Assembly (NCBI GenBank): GCA_003971905.1
Contig: RSEE01000147.1
Coordinates: forward strand, 1 to 64,000
DNA length: 64,000 nt
Source: Moniliella sp. 'wahieum'
Lineage: Eukaryota
Reading direction: 5' to 3'
Below, in pieces: positions 62,792 through 64,000 of this stretch. Each line of letters opens with the position of its first letter. Positions within the stretch are counted from its first letter, which is position 1. The translations under genes and the position numbers were made by a program. The notes below the pieces were generated by a model. It was not told the DNA's origin, searched no databases, and was given only the letters and a program-made list of their open reading frames with translations.

Positions 62792-63960
62792 TTAGATACG
62801 GCCCTGTCTGATTTTGCGTGCACGCATCTTTTTGAGTAACTTGCGGTGCTTATGTTTCCGCATTTTGGACTTGCGCTTTCGACGCGTCGAATCAAGCCAC
62901 ATCCGCACCTCATGCCTGGAGGAAGCAAAGTATTGACCATGCCCGCATCGGCTGAATTTGAATCCTCTGATTGGATCTCGACCGTGGTGCCTAGCCGGAG
63001 GGATGCGTCATGCACCGCCCGCTCCAGGAGAGCTGAGACGCGAGGTGTGTCACGAATTCGCTCTTGGCCTTGACCACAACCCTCTCGGTCCGAGCGACCG
63101 GCGTAGTGTCAGGACCAAGAAGCTGGTGGAGGTGGGCGGGTGGTTGCTCCGCTTCCACTGACACCTGGTGCGTACTCTGCTTGAGTATAGGACTGAAACG
63201 AGTTGGATCCCAGGCAAGCGTTCCAAGGGGAGCCCGAGGGAACATCACGCCTTGCCCGCGATGGGCCGAGGCGATGCGGTCCACCGAACCAAGAAGCGTC
63301 GGTGGAACAAGTACCGTCTCAGGTCGATGTTCTGGCAAAGATGGGACACGAGGCAATGGGGCGATTATGGTGGCGAACAACCGTAGGCGAGCGCGTGAGT
63401 CCATGCGGCATGCCGCACGCGACGCCGCCACGCTCATCCTGCTGGTGGTGCAGGCGGGAACGAGCATGGGGCCCCAGGTGGAGTCGAAAGGAGCGGGGCA
63501 GCGCCCCATAGGCGGAATGGCAGTTAGAACATGCTCCGGAGTTCCTTCCGCTCTGCTGCAGCGTCCTGTCTTTTAAATGTTGGCTCTGCTACACCTTCTC
63601 TTCCCAGATCTAATGTAGAGAGTGGAGGCCGTTGGCTGGGCAGCTCCTCACATCCCATCGCCTCTCCTTTTCCGGGTGGATGGAATACAATGCGGTTGCG
63701 GTGTACAGTCGATGTCCAATGGTGGTACTGCACGGAGACAAGTCCAGGACTCCACTCTGTGAAGCGAGGCGCAGACTGGTCGCACGACTGAGTGGGCTAA
63801 GGCAACTGTCGGCTTCAGGAGAGCATAGATCGGTTTGGATCCCATTGAGACATGCATCACGGAAGAGCTTCGCTAGTCCGACTTGCGTACGGCGACGCGG
63901 GCGTAATGAGCAGACGAGGCGAGTTCTCACCCTTGAGCACGGGGAGCGATTGCTCACGGC
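62792..63960 (-). CDS. Mitoribosomal mS38/Cox24-like protein (basic C-terminal domain); 5' end uncertain or outside the window
   Basis: Manual translation near 62915-62792 gives MWLDSTRRKRKSKMRKHKHRKLLKKMRARKIRQGRI*, matching the DS.RRKR..KM.KHK.RK signature. Confidence 0.7.
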
Positions 63961-64000
63961 TCAGCGTCACGCCCATGTAACGCCGGTAAGTGTGGCGCGA

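Overview
GC-rich, intron-poor fungal chromosome segment, most likely a basidiomycete (Ustilaginomycotina-like; inferred from gene style). It appears to start at a left telomere, (CCCTAA)n. Almost every gene, including essential ones, is broken by single-base indels, so this is very probably an unpolished long-read assembly; gene coordinates were stitched by eye across frames and are approximate. Genes in order: PDR-type ABC transporter ending at the telomeric repeat, PDK/BCKDK-like kinase, GIR2, CLF1, SEC27, TIM10, a degraded OPT transporter, cystathionine beta-lyase apparently fused to mevalonate kinase, a Ser/Pro-rich unknown, FOL1, a secreted DPBB/expansin-like protein, HTS1, an intron-containing tRNA-Met, RFC2, ATP18, a Kelch protein, an NT-C2 protein, an SFK1-like protein and an mS38/COX24-like protein. 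Repeats: three 5'-truncated RLE-type (CRE/Cnl1-like) non-LTR retrotransposon relics, a ~215 bp inverted dispersed repeat (one copy carries a perfect 26 bp hairpin), a possible LTR, and intergenic arrays of ~7-nt quasi-palindromic units. The most notable signals are the telomere-truncated transporter, the CBL-MVK fusion, the heptamer arrays and the hairpin-bearing repeat. I cannot establish a novel system from the sequence alone.
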